Of a DNA stretch of 64,000 bases, positions 15,043-28,250 are shown piece by piece. Under the pieces are notes generated by a model that was given only the letters and a program-made list of their open reading frames with translations, did not search any database and had not been told where the DNA came from. The translations under genes were made by a program, and so were the position numbers. The DNA is taken from NCBI RefSeq assembly GCF_009914755.1, contig NC_060927.1; one strand, written 5' to 3'. The DNA comes from the human T2T-CHM13v2.0 reference genome, Homo sapiens. The first letter of the stretch is position 1. Each line of letters begins with the position of its first letter.

Positions 15043-15298
15043 TTTTTTTTTTTTTTTTTTCCTGTGGCACGGTCTCAGCTAGCTGCAACGTCTGCCTCTC
15101 GGGTTCAAGTGGTTCTCCTACCTCAGCCTTCCGAGTAGCTGGGATTACAGGTGCGCGTCACCAAGCCAGGCTAATTTTTGTATTTTCAGGAGAGACGGGG
15201 TTTTGCTATGTTGGTCTCGAACTCCTGACCTCAGGCGGTCTGCCCGCCTTGGCCTCCCAAAGTGATGGGATTACAGGCATGAGCCACCGCGCCCAACC
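15043..15298 (-). mobile_element. Alu (AluS-like) with internal deletions
   Basis: Poly-T followed by cctcagccttccgagtagctgggattacagg...ggcctcccaaagtgatgggattacaggcatgagccacc. Confidence 0.93.
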
Positions 15299-15814
15299 AG
15301 GCTCTTCCTTAAAAATGCCCCTTTCCATAGTTAAGTAGCCTATTTAGTGGGTATAAAAAAGCATGCGTATGTCCTCTCTGACTCTCTCTGCACGTTTGCC
15401 ATTCTTCACCAAGGCACTTTGCAAATGAAGTCATTTGTCAAGTTTGATTAGCTTCATTTGATGGATAGATAGCCCCCAAGCGGGGAAGGGATGTATTTGA
15501 TTCTTCTGTGATGAATTTGACTCTGAACCTAAGTCCGATTATTACTCTTATCATCTCCCTCTTTCTTCTTCTCCCGCTACCACTGACGCTATTTGGAAGT
15601 AGCAAAATTATTTCAATACCCTCTAATGAGATTCTAAATGAACATGTTATTTATTATATAATTATGTTTGTGCTCTTTAGGAGAGGGACTGTATATTTCG
15701 GGCTGCCACCATTTTTGTAATCTATGCCAATTTGTGGCGATAGATAGGCTATGTGTCAGGGTGGTGATAGCAAGTCATTCATCTTAGAAACCGCTGGGTT
15801 CTCTGCAGCAGTTT

Positions 15815-16020
15815 GGGGTAGTGGAAAGCATGGTAGAATTAGAGACAGGAAATGTAGATTCTCTGCCACATAGGGAAACATCATTTAACCTCGGTGAAAC
15901 AGGAATGATCATCTTTCTTGTCTTTCTCATAGTGCTATTATCAGTGGAATTTAATATAATAAGGGTAAAACTGATTTGTAAACTTACAACACTTTCTAAA
16001 TGAACTATAAACAGTATTGT
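15815..16020 (+). mobile_element. MIR fragment
   Basis: gtagtggaaagcatgg...catcatttaacctc...tttgtaaact. Confidence 0.45.
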
Positions 16021-16412
16021 TATTTTCAAGGGTGTCAGAGATAAAATTAAGACAAGCCAAGGATGATATTTAAGCAACAAGTCCTGTATCAACCCAGTGT
16101 ACAAGATAAACTGTTCCTTCTACTTGCCCAGTATTTTTTCTTCTTCAAGATATCCCTTCTTCCTGGAAAGCTTTATTCTAATATATTCTATGGTCTATCC
16201 AGTGCACAAGAAATATGTTTAAGGTAGAAAATACTGCTTTTTTAATTTTTAATTTCTCATCTTTATGGGTACATAAAGTGAAAAGTGATTGGCAGGATAA
16301 AATGAGGTAATCAGTGATCTGTGTGAACATACTTGGGTTTCATGGATTTTCATAGGATGCATGTTCAGAAAATGGCAGTGTTAGCATGATCTGAGTGAGG
16401 AGCTTTTGGCCC

Positions 16413-16430
16413 TATGACGTCATAAGGTCA
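16413..16430. promoter_or_regulatory. Palindromic CRE (TATGACGTCATA) abutting an AGGTCA nuclear-receptor half-site; motif only
   Basis: Perfect 12-bp palindrome at 16413-16424 containing TGACGTCA, then AGGTCA at 16425-16430. Function is not shown by sequence alone. Confidence 0.3.
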
Positions 16431-17033
16431 CCCTGTGGGCGTTTGTACAGGCTACCTGAAGGGTCAGTGGTCTCAACTGGTCTTCTGCTCGACAAGAACT
16501 GCCCCAAGTTCTTCAAAAACAACGTAAACAATTATTACTGTAGTGACATAGATGCCAGAGATGTTGTCTGTAAGGATGCTAGTGAAGGCTAAGTGATAGC
16601 GTTTAGCAGCCTGGCTTTTAGCAACGTGAGTTTTTTTTTAAAATCAACAAGAGGCAAGCAACTAAAAAAATTAGGCTTCTGTTTCAAGTGTATGGAATTG
16701 ATCAGATTATTATTTCTCTTTCCAAAGCTCACATTTCCTCAACTAGGATAGAAAATCTAACCTCAAGACTTTTACACCATATTTTTTAAAGGTAACTTTA
16801 TAGTCTTTCTTTGTATTCAGGCAAAAGAAATGGATCTAACTGACAGACTGAATCCTGGGTGAAACTTCCTTCCATCCTAATCTTTAAACACTAAAAGCCT
16901 ATTTTGGGACTTTTGCTATTACATGTTGTGATTTCTTATGGGTTTACCACATTTGCTTCATCTATACTTAATTTTTTATCCCAAATTATTGTAAAACAAA
17001 CCACAGACTTTATTTTGCCTTTATATCCATTAG

Positions 17034-17036
<3 letters not shown>

Positions 17037-17073
<37 letters not shown>
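17037..17073. repeat. (CA)n microsatellite
   Basis: About 18 uninterrupted AC units. Confidence 0.97.
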
Positions 17074-17074
<1 letters not shown>

Positions 17075-17559
17075 CTTAATTGAAAGTGAGCACTGAAAAT
17101 TAATTATATTTCTTTAAATATAATAGATGACTTATAATTTAAATATAATAGATGACTTGAAATAGATGACTTATAATTTCTTTATACTTTGTTGGAAGTC
17201 ACAGTTATCCTAAAAATATCCTCTAGTTACAGATGAATTTGACTTTTAACACCTGGGAGTTGTTGAGTTTAATCTTGGAAATCAGAAATGCAGAAATTTT
17301 TGAACTCTTAAGACATTCTGAGTACTTTATTTAACTCATTTCAGATGAAGTAGTTTTTTAATATATTTTGTTAATACACATAGAACCCATGCCAAATGCT
17401 CCTAACTAGTTAGACAGAAAACACACACTTCCAGCCTGTCTTATTCTATCTCAGGTCCTTTTTTTCAACAGTGACAAGAATACCTGTAGTTTCAATTTTC
17501 CTCTCTTTCTCTCTCCCTCTCTTGCTCAAGATGTGCTTTATTTTATTTCACAAATTACC

Positions 17560-17709
17560 AAAACTAAAACAAGAATAATCAGAACATGTGAGTAGAAATA
17601 TATATGTTAAATAAATTTATAGTTATAAAATTTCTCACATAGAAAACTCTAGGCCCAGATGGCTTCAATGATGAATTCTATGAAACATTTAAAGAAGAAA
17701 AATATTCCA
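17560..17709 (+). mobile_element. Old L1M ORF2 fragment, left part of the host of the full-length L1
   Basis: aaaactctaggcccagatggcttcaatgatgaattctatgaaacatttaaagaaga encodes KTLGPDGFNDEFYETFKE, matching the ORF2 KSPGPDGF region. Confidence 0.75.
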
Positions 17710-18319
17710 CAGTGGGCCAATATGGCCAATTAAAAGCAGCTATGGTGTGTGGCTCTCATAGAGAGGAATAAAGGGGGAAAATGAATACTGCACCTTCAAC
17801 TGAAATATCCAGGTAGTCCCATTGGAACTGATCAGGAAAACAAATTAACCCACAGAGAATGAAGAAAAGCAGAATGGGGAGAAGGCCCAGCTGGGAGCAA
17901 CATGGAGCCAAGGGAATCCCAACCCCAGCCAAGGGAAGTAATGAGTGAATATGCAACCCTGGGGAACCACCCTTTTCCCATGGATCTTTGCAACCCTCAG
18001 ATCAAGAGAGGCCCTCATGAGCCCATGCCACAAAGGTCTTGGGTCCGACACACAGAGCTGTGTGGACTCTCAGTGGCTCGCTGCACAAGGATGCACTGAG
18101 ACCCAGGAGCTTTACATACTCTGGCCCTAGGATCCCTGGCAAGGTAGGAGGTCCATATATACTCCTAGAAAGGGGGCTACATCCAGAGGGATGAGCAGGT
18201 AGTGTGAGGGCCCCACTTCCACACTACCTCAAAAGATAAGACCCACTGGCTTGGAATTCCAGCCAGCCACTGGCAACAGGGTAGAGCCTGCCTGAGACAG
18301 GACTAAGCCTCCAGGAGGA

Positions 18320-19400
18320 GAAGCAGGCTGACACCTTTGCTATTTGGTCAACTCAGCCATTCCAGACTGTGGAATTTGGAGAGTCAAAATGACCCAGATG
18401 AGGAAGGATTCCCCCAGAGCAGCACAGCTGCTTTGCCAGAAAGTGGGACCCCAATCCATTCCTCATCACTGGGTGCAACCTCCTAGTGGGGGCCTTCAGC
18501 CACCCCCACTGGCTTGCATTTTATAAATGAAACTCTGATCTCTCCCTGGGACAGAGTGCCTAAGGGGAGGAGTGGGCTGCCACCTTGTTTGGATGAATCA
18601 GCTGTTCCAGCCTGTGGGCTTTGGAGAGTCCAAGCCCACCAGAGCAGAGGTGATTCCCCAGCATGGTATGGCTGTTTTGTGGAGGCATGGTCAGACTGCT
18701 TCTTTAAACAGACCCAGATTCATTCCTCCTCACTGACGGGGACCTCCCAGCTAGGGCTTCCAGCCACCCCCACCCATCTGTATTCTATGGACAGAGCTCT
18801 GATCTCTCCTGGGATGGAGTGCCTGGAGAGGGGAGGGCTGCCACCTTGGCTCTTTGGATGACTCAGCTGGTCCAGACTGTGGGCTTTGAAGAGTCCAAGC
18901 CAATGGGGGGCAGAGGCCGTTCCCTAACATAGCACAGCTGTTTTGTCAATGTGTGACCAGAATGTTTCTTTAAATGGGACCTTGATCTATCCCTCCTCAC
19001 TGGGTGAGCCCTCCCAGTTGGGGCTCCAGCCACCCCCACCTGTATTCTATAGCCAGCAGTCTTCTAATTTCTCTCTGGGACAGAGTGCCTCAGGGGAAGG
19101 GCAGGCCACCACCTTAGTTGTTTGGGTGTATCTCAGCAGGTTCAGTCTACAGACCTTGGAGATCCCAAAACAACTGGGGACTGAAGGGATCCTCAACACA
19201 GCACAGCTGCTCTACCAAATGCATCCAGACTGCTCCTTTAAGTGGGTCCCTGATCCCATTCCTCCTGACTGGGTGAGATCTCCCAAGCAGGGTCTCTAGC
19301 CACCTGCTACAGATGCATTCAGGCTGGCAACAGGTCAGTATCCCCCTGGGATGGAGCTTCCAGAAGTGGCAGGCTGCCATCTTTGCTGTTTTGCAGCCTT
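18320..19400 (+). repeat. ~260-bp diverged tandem units (about 4 copies plus a partial) in the L1 5' UTR
   Basis: The motif ggctgccacctt..tttgg..tcagc..tccag.ctgtgggctttggagagtcc recurs at ~18325, ~18575, ~18835, ~19100 and partially at ~19370. Confidence 0.8.
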
Positions 19401-19619
19401 TACTGGTGATACCACCAGGTGCTGGAAAAACTGAAGGGACTAGACTCTGCAGTGAACCCCCAGCAAATGGCAGCAGCCCTATGGAAGAGTGGCCAGACTG
19501 CTAAAAGAAAAATAAACAAACAACAATGAAAACAACAACAAAAACAACAACAAAACAGAAAAAAAAAACCCATCCAAAGGTTGGCGATCACAAAGATTGG
19601 AGGTAGATAAGCCCACAAA

Positions 19620-20645
19620 ATGATAAAAAAATCAACACAAAAATGCTGAAAACTCAAAAAGGCAGAGTGCCCCCTTTCCTCCAAATGACCACAACACCTC
19701 TCAAGCAAGGGTTCAGAGCTGGTCTGAGGCTGAGATGGCTGAAATGATAGAAGTAGGCTTCAGAGTGTGAATAAAAACAAACTTCACTGAGCTAAAGAAG
19801 CACATTGTAACCCAGTGCAAAGAGGATAAGAAACATGATAAAACAATGCAGGAACTTACAGCCAAAATAGCCATTATAGAGAGAAACAAAACCAATGTAA
19901 TAGAGCTGAAAAACACACTACAACAACTTCAAAATGCAATCATAAGTATTAATAGCAGAATAGACCAAGCAAAGGAAAGAAGCTCAGAGCTTGAAGACTG
20001 TTTTTCTGAAATAAGACAGGCAGACAAGAATAGAGAAAAAATAATGGAAAGGAATGAACAAAACATCCAAGAAATATGGAGTTATGTAAAAAACTCAAAT
20101 ATATGACTAATTGAGGTACCCAAAAGGGATGAGGAGAATGGAATCAATTTGGAAAACATATTTCAAGATATCATCCAGGAAACCTTCCCTAACCAAGCAA
20201 GAGAGGCCAACATTCAAATTCGAGAAATCCAGAGAACCCCAATAAGATACTCTATGAGGAGATCAACTCCAAGACACATACTTATCAGATTCTCCAAGGT
20301 TGAAATGAAGGGAAAAAAAATGTTAGAGGCAGTCAGAGAGAAAGGCCAGTTCGCCTACAAAGGGAAGCCCATCAGACTAACAGCCAAACTTTCAGCAACA
20401 ACCCTACAAGACAGAAGAGATTGGGGACGAATATTCCACATTCTTAAAGAAAAGAATTTCCAACCCAGAATTTCATATCTGGCCAAATGAAGCTTCATAA
20501 GCGAAGGAGAAATAAAATCCTTCTCAGACAAGCAAATGTTGAGGGATTCCAACACCACCAGGCCTGCCTTGTGAGAACTCCTGAAGGAAGCACTAAACAT
20601 AGAAAACAAAACCATTACCAGCCACTACAAAAACACACTGAAGTA
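19620..20645 (+). pseudogene. Disrupted L1 ORF1
   Basis: ATG at 19620; coiled-coil fragment 19846-20106 and RRM/CTD fragment 20149-20490 (ENIFQDIIQETFPN...STPRHILIRF...FQPRISY); premature stops. Confidence 0.92.
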
Positions 20646-20709
20646 CAGAGACCTGTGAAACTATGAAGCAACTACATTAACAAGTCTGCAAAATTAGCCA
20701 GCCCACATC

Positions 20710-23700
20710 ATGATGACAGGATCAAATTCACACGTAACAATACTAACCTTAAATGTAAATGCACTAAATGCCTCAGCTAAAAGACAGAATGGCAGGCTGG
20801 ATAATGAACAAAGATCCATTGGTATGCTGTCTTCAAGAGACCCATCTCACATGCAAAGACACACGTAGGTTCAAAATAAAGGGATGGAGGAAAATTTACG
20901 AAGCAAATGGAAAACAGAAAAAAAGCAGGGGTTGCAATCCTAGTTTCTGACAAAACAGACTTTAAACCAACAAAGATCAAAAAAGTCAAGGGCATTACAT
21001 AAAGGGTTCAATTCAACAACAAGAATTAAGCATCCTAAATATATACACACCCAACAAAGGAGCACCCAGATTCATAAAGCAAGTTCTTGGAGAACTTCAA
21101 GGAGACTTAGATACTCCCACAATAATAGTGGGAGACTTTAAAACTCCACCAATTATATGAGATAGATCAGTGAGACAGAAAATTAACAAAGATATTCAGG
21201 ACGTATACTCAGCCCTAGATCAAGTGGACCTGACAGATTTCTACAGAACTCGCCACCCAAAAATAACAGAATATGCATTCTTCTGATTGCCACATGGTAC
21301 TTGCTCTGAAAATGATCACATAATTGAAAGTAAAACATTCCTCATAAAATGGCAAAAAACTGGAATTATAGCAGTCTCTCAGACAACAGTGTAATCAAAT
21401 TAGAGATAAAGTCTAAGAAATTCACTCAAAACCACACAACTACATGTAAATTGAACAACCTGCTCCTGAATAACCTTTGGGTAAATAATGAAATTAACGC
21501 AGAAATCAAGAAGTTCCTTGAAACTAATGAAAATGAAGATACAACATACCAGAATCTCTGGGACATAACTAACACAGTGTCAAGAGGAAAATTTATAACA
21601 TTAAATGCCCACATCAAAAGGCTAGAAAGCTGTCAGGTTAGCAACCTAACATTATAACTAAAAGAACTAGAGAACTAAGTACAAAGAAACCCCAGAACTA
21701 GCAAAAGACAAAAAATAACCAAAATCAGAGCTGAACTGAAGGAGAATGAGACAAAACAAACAAACAAACAACAACAACAACCACCTTCAAAAAATCAATG
21801 CCAGGAACTGGTTTTTTGAAAAAAAATTAATAAATTAGATAGACCACCAGCAAGACTAATGAAGAAGAAAAGAGACATGATTCAAATAAACACCATCAGA
21901 TATGATAAGGGTGATATTACTGCTGAATGCTTAGAAATACAAACACCAATTAGAGATTACTATAAACACCTCTGTGCACATAAGCTAGAAAATCTAGAAG
22001 AAATGGATAAATTCCTGGACACACACATTCTATTAAGATCAAACCAGGAAGAAACTGGATACCTGAATAGACCAATAATGAGACAGAAATTGAGGCACTA
22101 ACAAATAACCTACCAACCAAAAAAAGCACAGGACCAGATGGATTCAGAGCAGAATTCTACCAGAGGTACAAAAGAAGTTGGTACCATTCCTACTGAAACT
22201 ATTCCAAAAAATTGAGGAGGAGGGACTCCTCCCTAACTCATTCTATGAGGTTAGCACCATCCTGATACCGAAACCTGACAGAGATACCCCCCCAAAAACA
22301 AACAAACAAACAAACAAACAAACAATCAAACAAAAAACTTCAGGCCGACATTATGGACGAACAGCAATGCAAAAATCCTGAACAAACTACTGGCAAAACG
22401 AATCCAGCAGTACATCAAAAAGCTTATCCACCATGATCAACTAGGTTTCAATCCTTAGGATGCAAGACTGATTCAACGTATGCAAATCAGTACACATGAT
22501 TCATCACATAAACAGAACTAAAGACAAAAATCAAATAATTATCTCAATAGACACAGAAAAGACCTTCGATAAAATTTAACATTCATGTTAAAACTCTATA
22601 AGCTAGGTATTGAAGGAACACAACTCAAAATAGTAAGAGTCGTGTATGACAAAGCCACAGCCAATATCATACTGAATGGGCAGATGCTGGAAGCACTCCG
22701 TTTGAAAAGCAACACAAGACAACTTTGTCCTCTCTCACCACTCCTATTCAACATAGCATTGAAAGTTCTGACCAGGGCAATCAGGCAAAAGAGAAAAATA
22801 AAGTGTATTCAAATAGGAAGAAAAGAAGTCAAATTATCTTTGTTTGCAGACGACATGATCCTATATCTAGGAAACCCCATGGTCTCATCCCAAAAACTTC
22901 TTATACTGATAAGCAACTTCATCAAAGTCTTAGGATACAAAATCAATGTGCAAAAATTAGTGGCATTCCTATACACCAAAAACAGGCAAGCCAAGAGCTA
23001 AATCATGAATGAACTCTCGTTTACAACTGCCACAAAAGGAATAAAATACCTAGAAATATGGCTAACAAGGAAAGTGAAGGACCTCTTCAAGATGAACTAA
23101 AAACCACTGCTCAAAAAAATTAGAGATGACACAAACAAATGGGAAAACATTCCATGCTCATGGATAGGAAGAATTGCTATTGCAAAAATGGCCATAGTAC
23201 CCCCCCCAAAAAATTTATAGATTCTATTCTATTTTCATTAAACTATCGCTGACATTCTTCACATAACTAGAAAAAACTATTTTAAAATTCATATGGAACC
23301 AAAAAAGAGCCTGAATAGTCAAGGCAATCCTAAGCAAAAAGAACAAAGCTGGAAGCATCATGCTACTCAACTTCAAACTATACTAGAGGGGTACAGTAAC
23401 CAAAACAGCACAGTTCCGGTACAAAAACAGACACATAGACCAATCAAACAGAAGAGAGAACCCAGAAATAAGACAACGCACCCCACAACCATCTCATCTT
23501 TAACAAACCTGACAAAAACAAGCAATGAGGAAAGGATTCCCTATATAAATGGTGCTGGGGAAACTGGCTAGCCATATGCAGAAAATTGAAACTGGACACC
23601 TTCCTTACAACATACACAAAAATCAAATCAAAATTGATTAAAGACTTAAATGTAAAACACAAAACTCTAAAACCTCTAACAGAAAACATAGGCAATGCCA

Positions 23701-24561
23701 TTCAAGACATAGGCGTGAGCAAAGATTTTATGACAAAGACATCAAAAGCAATTGCAACAAAAGCAAAAATTGAAAAATTGAATATAATCAAACTAAAGAG
23801 CTTCTCTACAGCAAAAGAAACTATCAACAGAGTAAACAGACAACCTAGAGAATGGAAGAAAAATTTTTCAAGCTATGCTTCGGACAAGAGTCTAATATCC
23901 AGCATCTATAAGGAACTTAAATGTACAAAAGGAAAAAGAAACAACCTCATTAAAAAGGGGTCAAACGACATAAACAGACACTTTTCAAAATAAGACATGC
24001 ATGCGGCCAATGAAAAAAAAACTCAGCATCACTGATCATTAGAGAAATGCAAACCAAAACCACAATGAGATATCATCTCACACCACTCAGAATGGCTAAT
24101 ATTAAAAAGTCAAAAAACAATAGATGCTAGTGAGGTTGTGGAGAGAAAGCAACACTTTTACAGTGTTGGTGGGAGTGTAAATGAGTTTAACCATTGTGGA
24201 AGACAGTGTGGCAATTCCTCAAGGATCTAGAACCAGAGATACCATTTGACCTACTAAACCCATTACTGAGTATGTAAAAGGAATATAAATCATTCTATTA
24301 TAGTGACACATGCATGTGTAAGCTCATTGCAGCACTTTCAAAACAGCAAAGACATGGAATCAGCCTAAATGCCCATCAATGATGGACTGGATAGGGAAAA
24401 TGTGGTACATATACAACATGGAATACTATGCAGCCATAAAAAGGAACAAGATCATGATTTTTGCAGGGTCATGGTTGGAGCTGGAGGCCATTTTCCTTAG
24501 CAAACCAATGCAGGAGCAGAAAACCAAATATCTTGTGCTCTTACTTATAAATGGAAGCTAA
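20710..24561 (+). pseudogene. Disrupted L1 ORF2
   Basis: atgatgacaggatcaaattcacac start, CCLQETHL endonuclease motif, [13 protein letters not shown] motif (ORF 22585-23001), C-terminal MEYYAAIKRN; fragmented by stops and frameshifts. Confidence 0.93.
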
Positions 24562-24800
24562 GTTATGAAAATGCATGGACACATATAGGGACACAACAGA
24601 CACTCGGGCCTGTAAGAGAGCAGGGGGTGGGAGGAGGGAGAGGATCAGGAAGAATAGCTAACGAATGTTGGGCTTAATACCTGGGTGATGGGATGATCTG
24701 TGCGGCAAACCACCATGGCACACGTTTACCTACCTAACAAACCTGCACATCCTGTACATGTACGGCTGAACTTAAAGTTAGAAATTAAAAACAAATTCCA

Positions 24801-24905
24801 AGAAAGTGCAAACCTCTTTTAGAAAATAGAGAAATAGGCTGGATTCCCGTCTCTTTTTATGTGTCAGCATAACCCAGTTACCAAAACTAGTCAAGAACAT
24901 TACTT
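24801..24905 (+). mobile_element. Old L1M ORF2 fragment, right part of the host
   Basis: aacctcttttagaaaatagag...ttttatgtgtcagcataacccagttaccaaaacta matches LFQKIE..FYEASITLIPKP and continues the 17560-17709 fragment. Confidence 0.65.
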
Positions 24906-27900
24906 GAAAAGAATATTACAAATGAGCACAGACATAAACTGATGAAGATAAAATTTTTAGCTTTATTATTAGTAAAGCTGTGTGACATACATTTCCCAGG
25001 TACTTTTCCTAGAAGTGTATCCATATTTACTTTAATTAAAACAAATTTGTATTGCACACATGGTTTTATACTATTTTTATTAAATTCAGTATCATGAAAA
25101 TTTTTCCATGTCATTGAATATCCATCTCTAGTATAATTTTTAACTCTTCTCAGAGTAATACCTATTTAATCAGTCTTGATTGACTTTTATTGAAGTACTG
25201 CTTTTGAATATTTTACATATTTCTTGTACTGGGTAATAAAACACACACACACAATATGAAAAGTTTTTATTAAATTCCAGGATAGTAATTCTTTTAAAAT
25301 TATTTTGATATATTTAAACTAGATTAAATATCCCTGAATCCTTTTTAATGAATTGTTAGCTTTAAAAAGTTATATAAAATGGCTTTTGTAATGCAGAATA
25401 AAAGCATGACATATAACTTTTAATAATAAGTAGGTCAAAAGTCTTGAAAAGGTGAATAAGGAGCAAAATGCCTCATTTAATTATAAATGTTATAAAAGGT
25501 ATTAATATTTAAAAATTGTCAGATATTGGCCTGAGAATACACCATTTTTAACTAAATAGTATACAATTCAAGGAAACCTCTCTCTTTTTCTCTCTCTGTC
25601 CTGCTCTAAGAAGATATTCGTGTGGCTCTATGTATCATTTAGGGTTATGGTATGTCAAATATCCTGAGTTTTAGGTATGATTATCAAGTCATACGCAAAA
25701 TTGTGGGATGGATTGGGAAAGAGGGGGCATCAACAGATATTTATTGAACATGATTGTTAAAACACAGAGAAAATTCAAAATGGTATAAAATTTGACACAT
25801 ATAAAATAAGGGAGATGTCATTGACCGTAATTGGAAACTGAGAAGTAACAGGTTTTTTGAGGCGAGGAAATTAAATTTTGTTACATTACATTTAGTGTGA
25901 AGTGACTATGGAATTCCAAGTAAAGATGTCCAGAAAGTTTAGATTTGAATGTTAGCTCAATGTTTGGTCAGCTTAGAAGTTAAAACATTTGAATAAACAT
26001 TTGAATGTCTTTTTATTATTTAAGAAGAAAAATTTCAGTAAAAATTTTTTTTGGAAAAATAAATATTGGTTTATTACATTTTTGTATTTATATTTTAAAG
26101 GGAAAATATTTACTATTCATAATAAAACTTTGTAAATATCCATCATCAAATATTATGAGCACAATTGCTTATTAAAGGTATTTTGATTACCCAACTTTTA
26201 ACCAAGACTTAAAATAATTGTTAACAGCTCTGTAGAACACCGCCATCTTATTTACAAGCATACGAGCAATTCAGAAAACATATTCAGAAAACATTTTACT
26301 TTTTCCTATTTAGTTGTGTCTCTTCTATCATCTAGGGAAATTAAAAATAACTACCTTGATGTACTTTATGAAATACGGATGATTTAGCATGAAGTAGAAT
26401 TTATGTGTAACGAAAAAAAATCATTCCAATTGTAGACTTCTGATATTCTTTTTTTCTTAATATTGGTATAAACTGCTAATCAGAAAAAAATCAACATTGG
26501 ATTTACTCATTTTAGTTCATATATTGATCACGAATTCCATGGAACATTTTTCCCTTTCTTTATTATTTACCATATGTGAATATTGTATATTCATGAAAAT
26601 TTAATAAAACTTAACCTTAAAAATGTACCACAAAAGAGAAACAGCTGTAAATGCCAAGGTTTGCACTGACTAATGTAATGTTAGTCTATAATCAGAGACT
26701 CCAATCTGCCCCCAAACAAATTACACTGTGACAAAAACTGTCTGCAAAAGAAAAGTCAAAATGAATATAGTATCGGAATCAACTTCTGTACTGTGATCCA
26801 ACAAAATAGTCACAAAAGTTTAAAATGGGATCTGACGACAAGGCAAGATACAACTCTTGGATCCAGAATGCAGAGGTTTATTGCAAATGCTGAGCTGGAA
26901 TCCTGGCCTGGAAAGGAGGGATGTTCAGAAGGAAGCCACACTGGGGTTGGAAAGCAGGCTTTTGCCCATAAAAGTTAGTGATGTTGAAACCTCAAAAACC
27001 TCAGAGGTTCAGATTGGGTAAGTTCATATTTCAGAGTGGAAGGGTGGGGTGACCAGTGTGGTTCTGCTGAGTAGCCCAGAACTCAGCATACTGGAGCGAG
27101 GCACTTGAGGTTCTGTTCCCAGCCCTGGCTCTCACCGTTAGCCACTTAACTGTTTTCTGTCCCAGTTTTCTTCTAAGTATAATCAGATGAATACATTTAT
27201 GGCATACTGAATTTAATAGGATGTCACCAGTTAGTGTTTTAAAATAGAAGAGAATAAAATAGAACAGAACAGAAATTATAGAGTTGTAAGAGATTTACAA
27301 ATCCAGTAATCCAATTCTTTCAAAACTATAGCTACAAAATAAGGGACATATCCCAAATTACGCATCTATTAAGTGCTTCGGAAGCTTCTTTTTTTCAACT
27401 TGGGATTACAGACTAGAACATATCCCTCAGAGGTTTTATTGTATCTGGGGATAGGCATATATGTATTGCTTTGTGAAGAAGGAAAAATTATGTTGCAGAT
27501 ATATAAAGTGTCATAAAATGTTCTTAATACATAATTTAATAAAAATATTTAAATATGTACAATAAGAACCTGTTTGTATTAAAATTAACAGATAATATAT
27601 ATATGCCTCTGGGAGAAGGATCTGAGAGAAATATGTTAAATAGGTAACAGTACTTATTTCTACTTTTCATTTTCTTTTTTTGGTTTATCAGTGATTTCTA
27701 TTCCCACTTAAAACCAAGAAAATAATTCTCTGAGAATTTATTTTCTCATTATCAAATCCTCAGTATTTAGTACAAAGTTCTGAAATAAACAAGTTAGTTT
27801 CTATTCCCTGTTTTCACAATACAATCTTATCTCCACTGTTCCAAATTCATTTAAAATAGTACATACACCTCAATAGAGAATATTATTAAAATCAAACAAA

Positions 27901-28019
27901 TATTTCACATTAAGAACTATGTTCCCAGAAATTGAAAAAATTTATTTAAATAAAATAAAATTTAATTAAATAAAATATGAATTATGGTTTTTTAAAATGT
28001 CAAACACTAATAGGTGTGA

Positions 28020-28250
28020 TAGTAATAACAATGATCATGGTAATAGTAGCCAAAATGTACTGAGTTCTTAATATAAATACTTTACATTCATCAATTCATT
28101 TATTCCCCATAAGAACTTAATGCAGCTTATTAACATTAGTATCCCCAATTGACAAATACTTGACTTGTGGCGGGGAGAAGCAAAGTTACAGAAGAAGTAG
28201 AGGAGCCAAGGTTTGAACCAGGCTAATTTCCATAGCTAAGGTATCCTAAC
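28020..28250 (-). mobile_element. MIR
   Basis: tactttacattcatcaattcatttattcccc...attagtatccccaattgacaaat...ggagccaaggtttgaacca. Confidence 0.6.

Larger units (their letters stand above)
17710..24790 (+). mobile_element. Full-length decayed LINE-1 (L1PA11/12-like), ~7.1 kb
   Basis: ~1.9-kb 5' UTR, ORF1 and ORF2 remnants in order, 3' UTR (gaagaatagctaa..gggcttaatacctgggtgatgggatgatctgtgc..caaaccaccatggcacacg), and an imperfect TSD (aaaaatattcca at ~17698-17709; aaaacaaattcca at ~24788-24800). Confidence 0.93.

Noticed and set aside
16456-16567. Minus-strand 112-nt segment bounded by ccttacag and cag|gtagcc as a coding exon
   Set aside because: All three frames contain stop codons, and there is no support beyond generic splice motifs.
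18514-19299. 115-aa and 118-aa ORFs with mutual similarity
   Set aside because: They are translations of the tandem units in the L1 5' UTR.
22585-23001. 138-aa ORF with an FADD reverse-transcriptase motif as a novel RT system
   Set aside because: It is a fragment of L1 ORF2 within a frameshifted full-length element.
26790-27100. Possible old LTR on the minus strand
   Set aside because: Only a poly(A)-signal-like motif and composition support it; I could not assign a family or termini.
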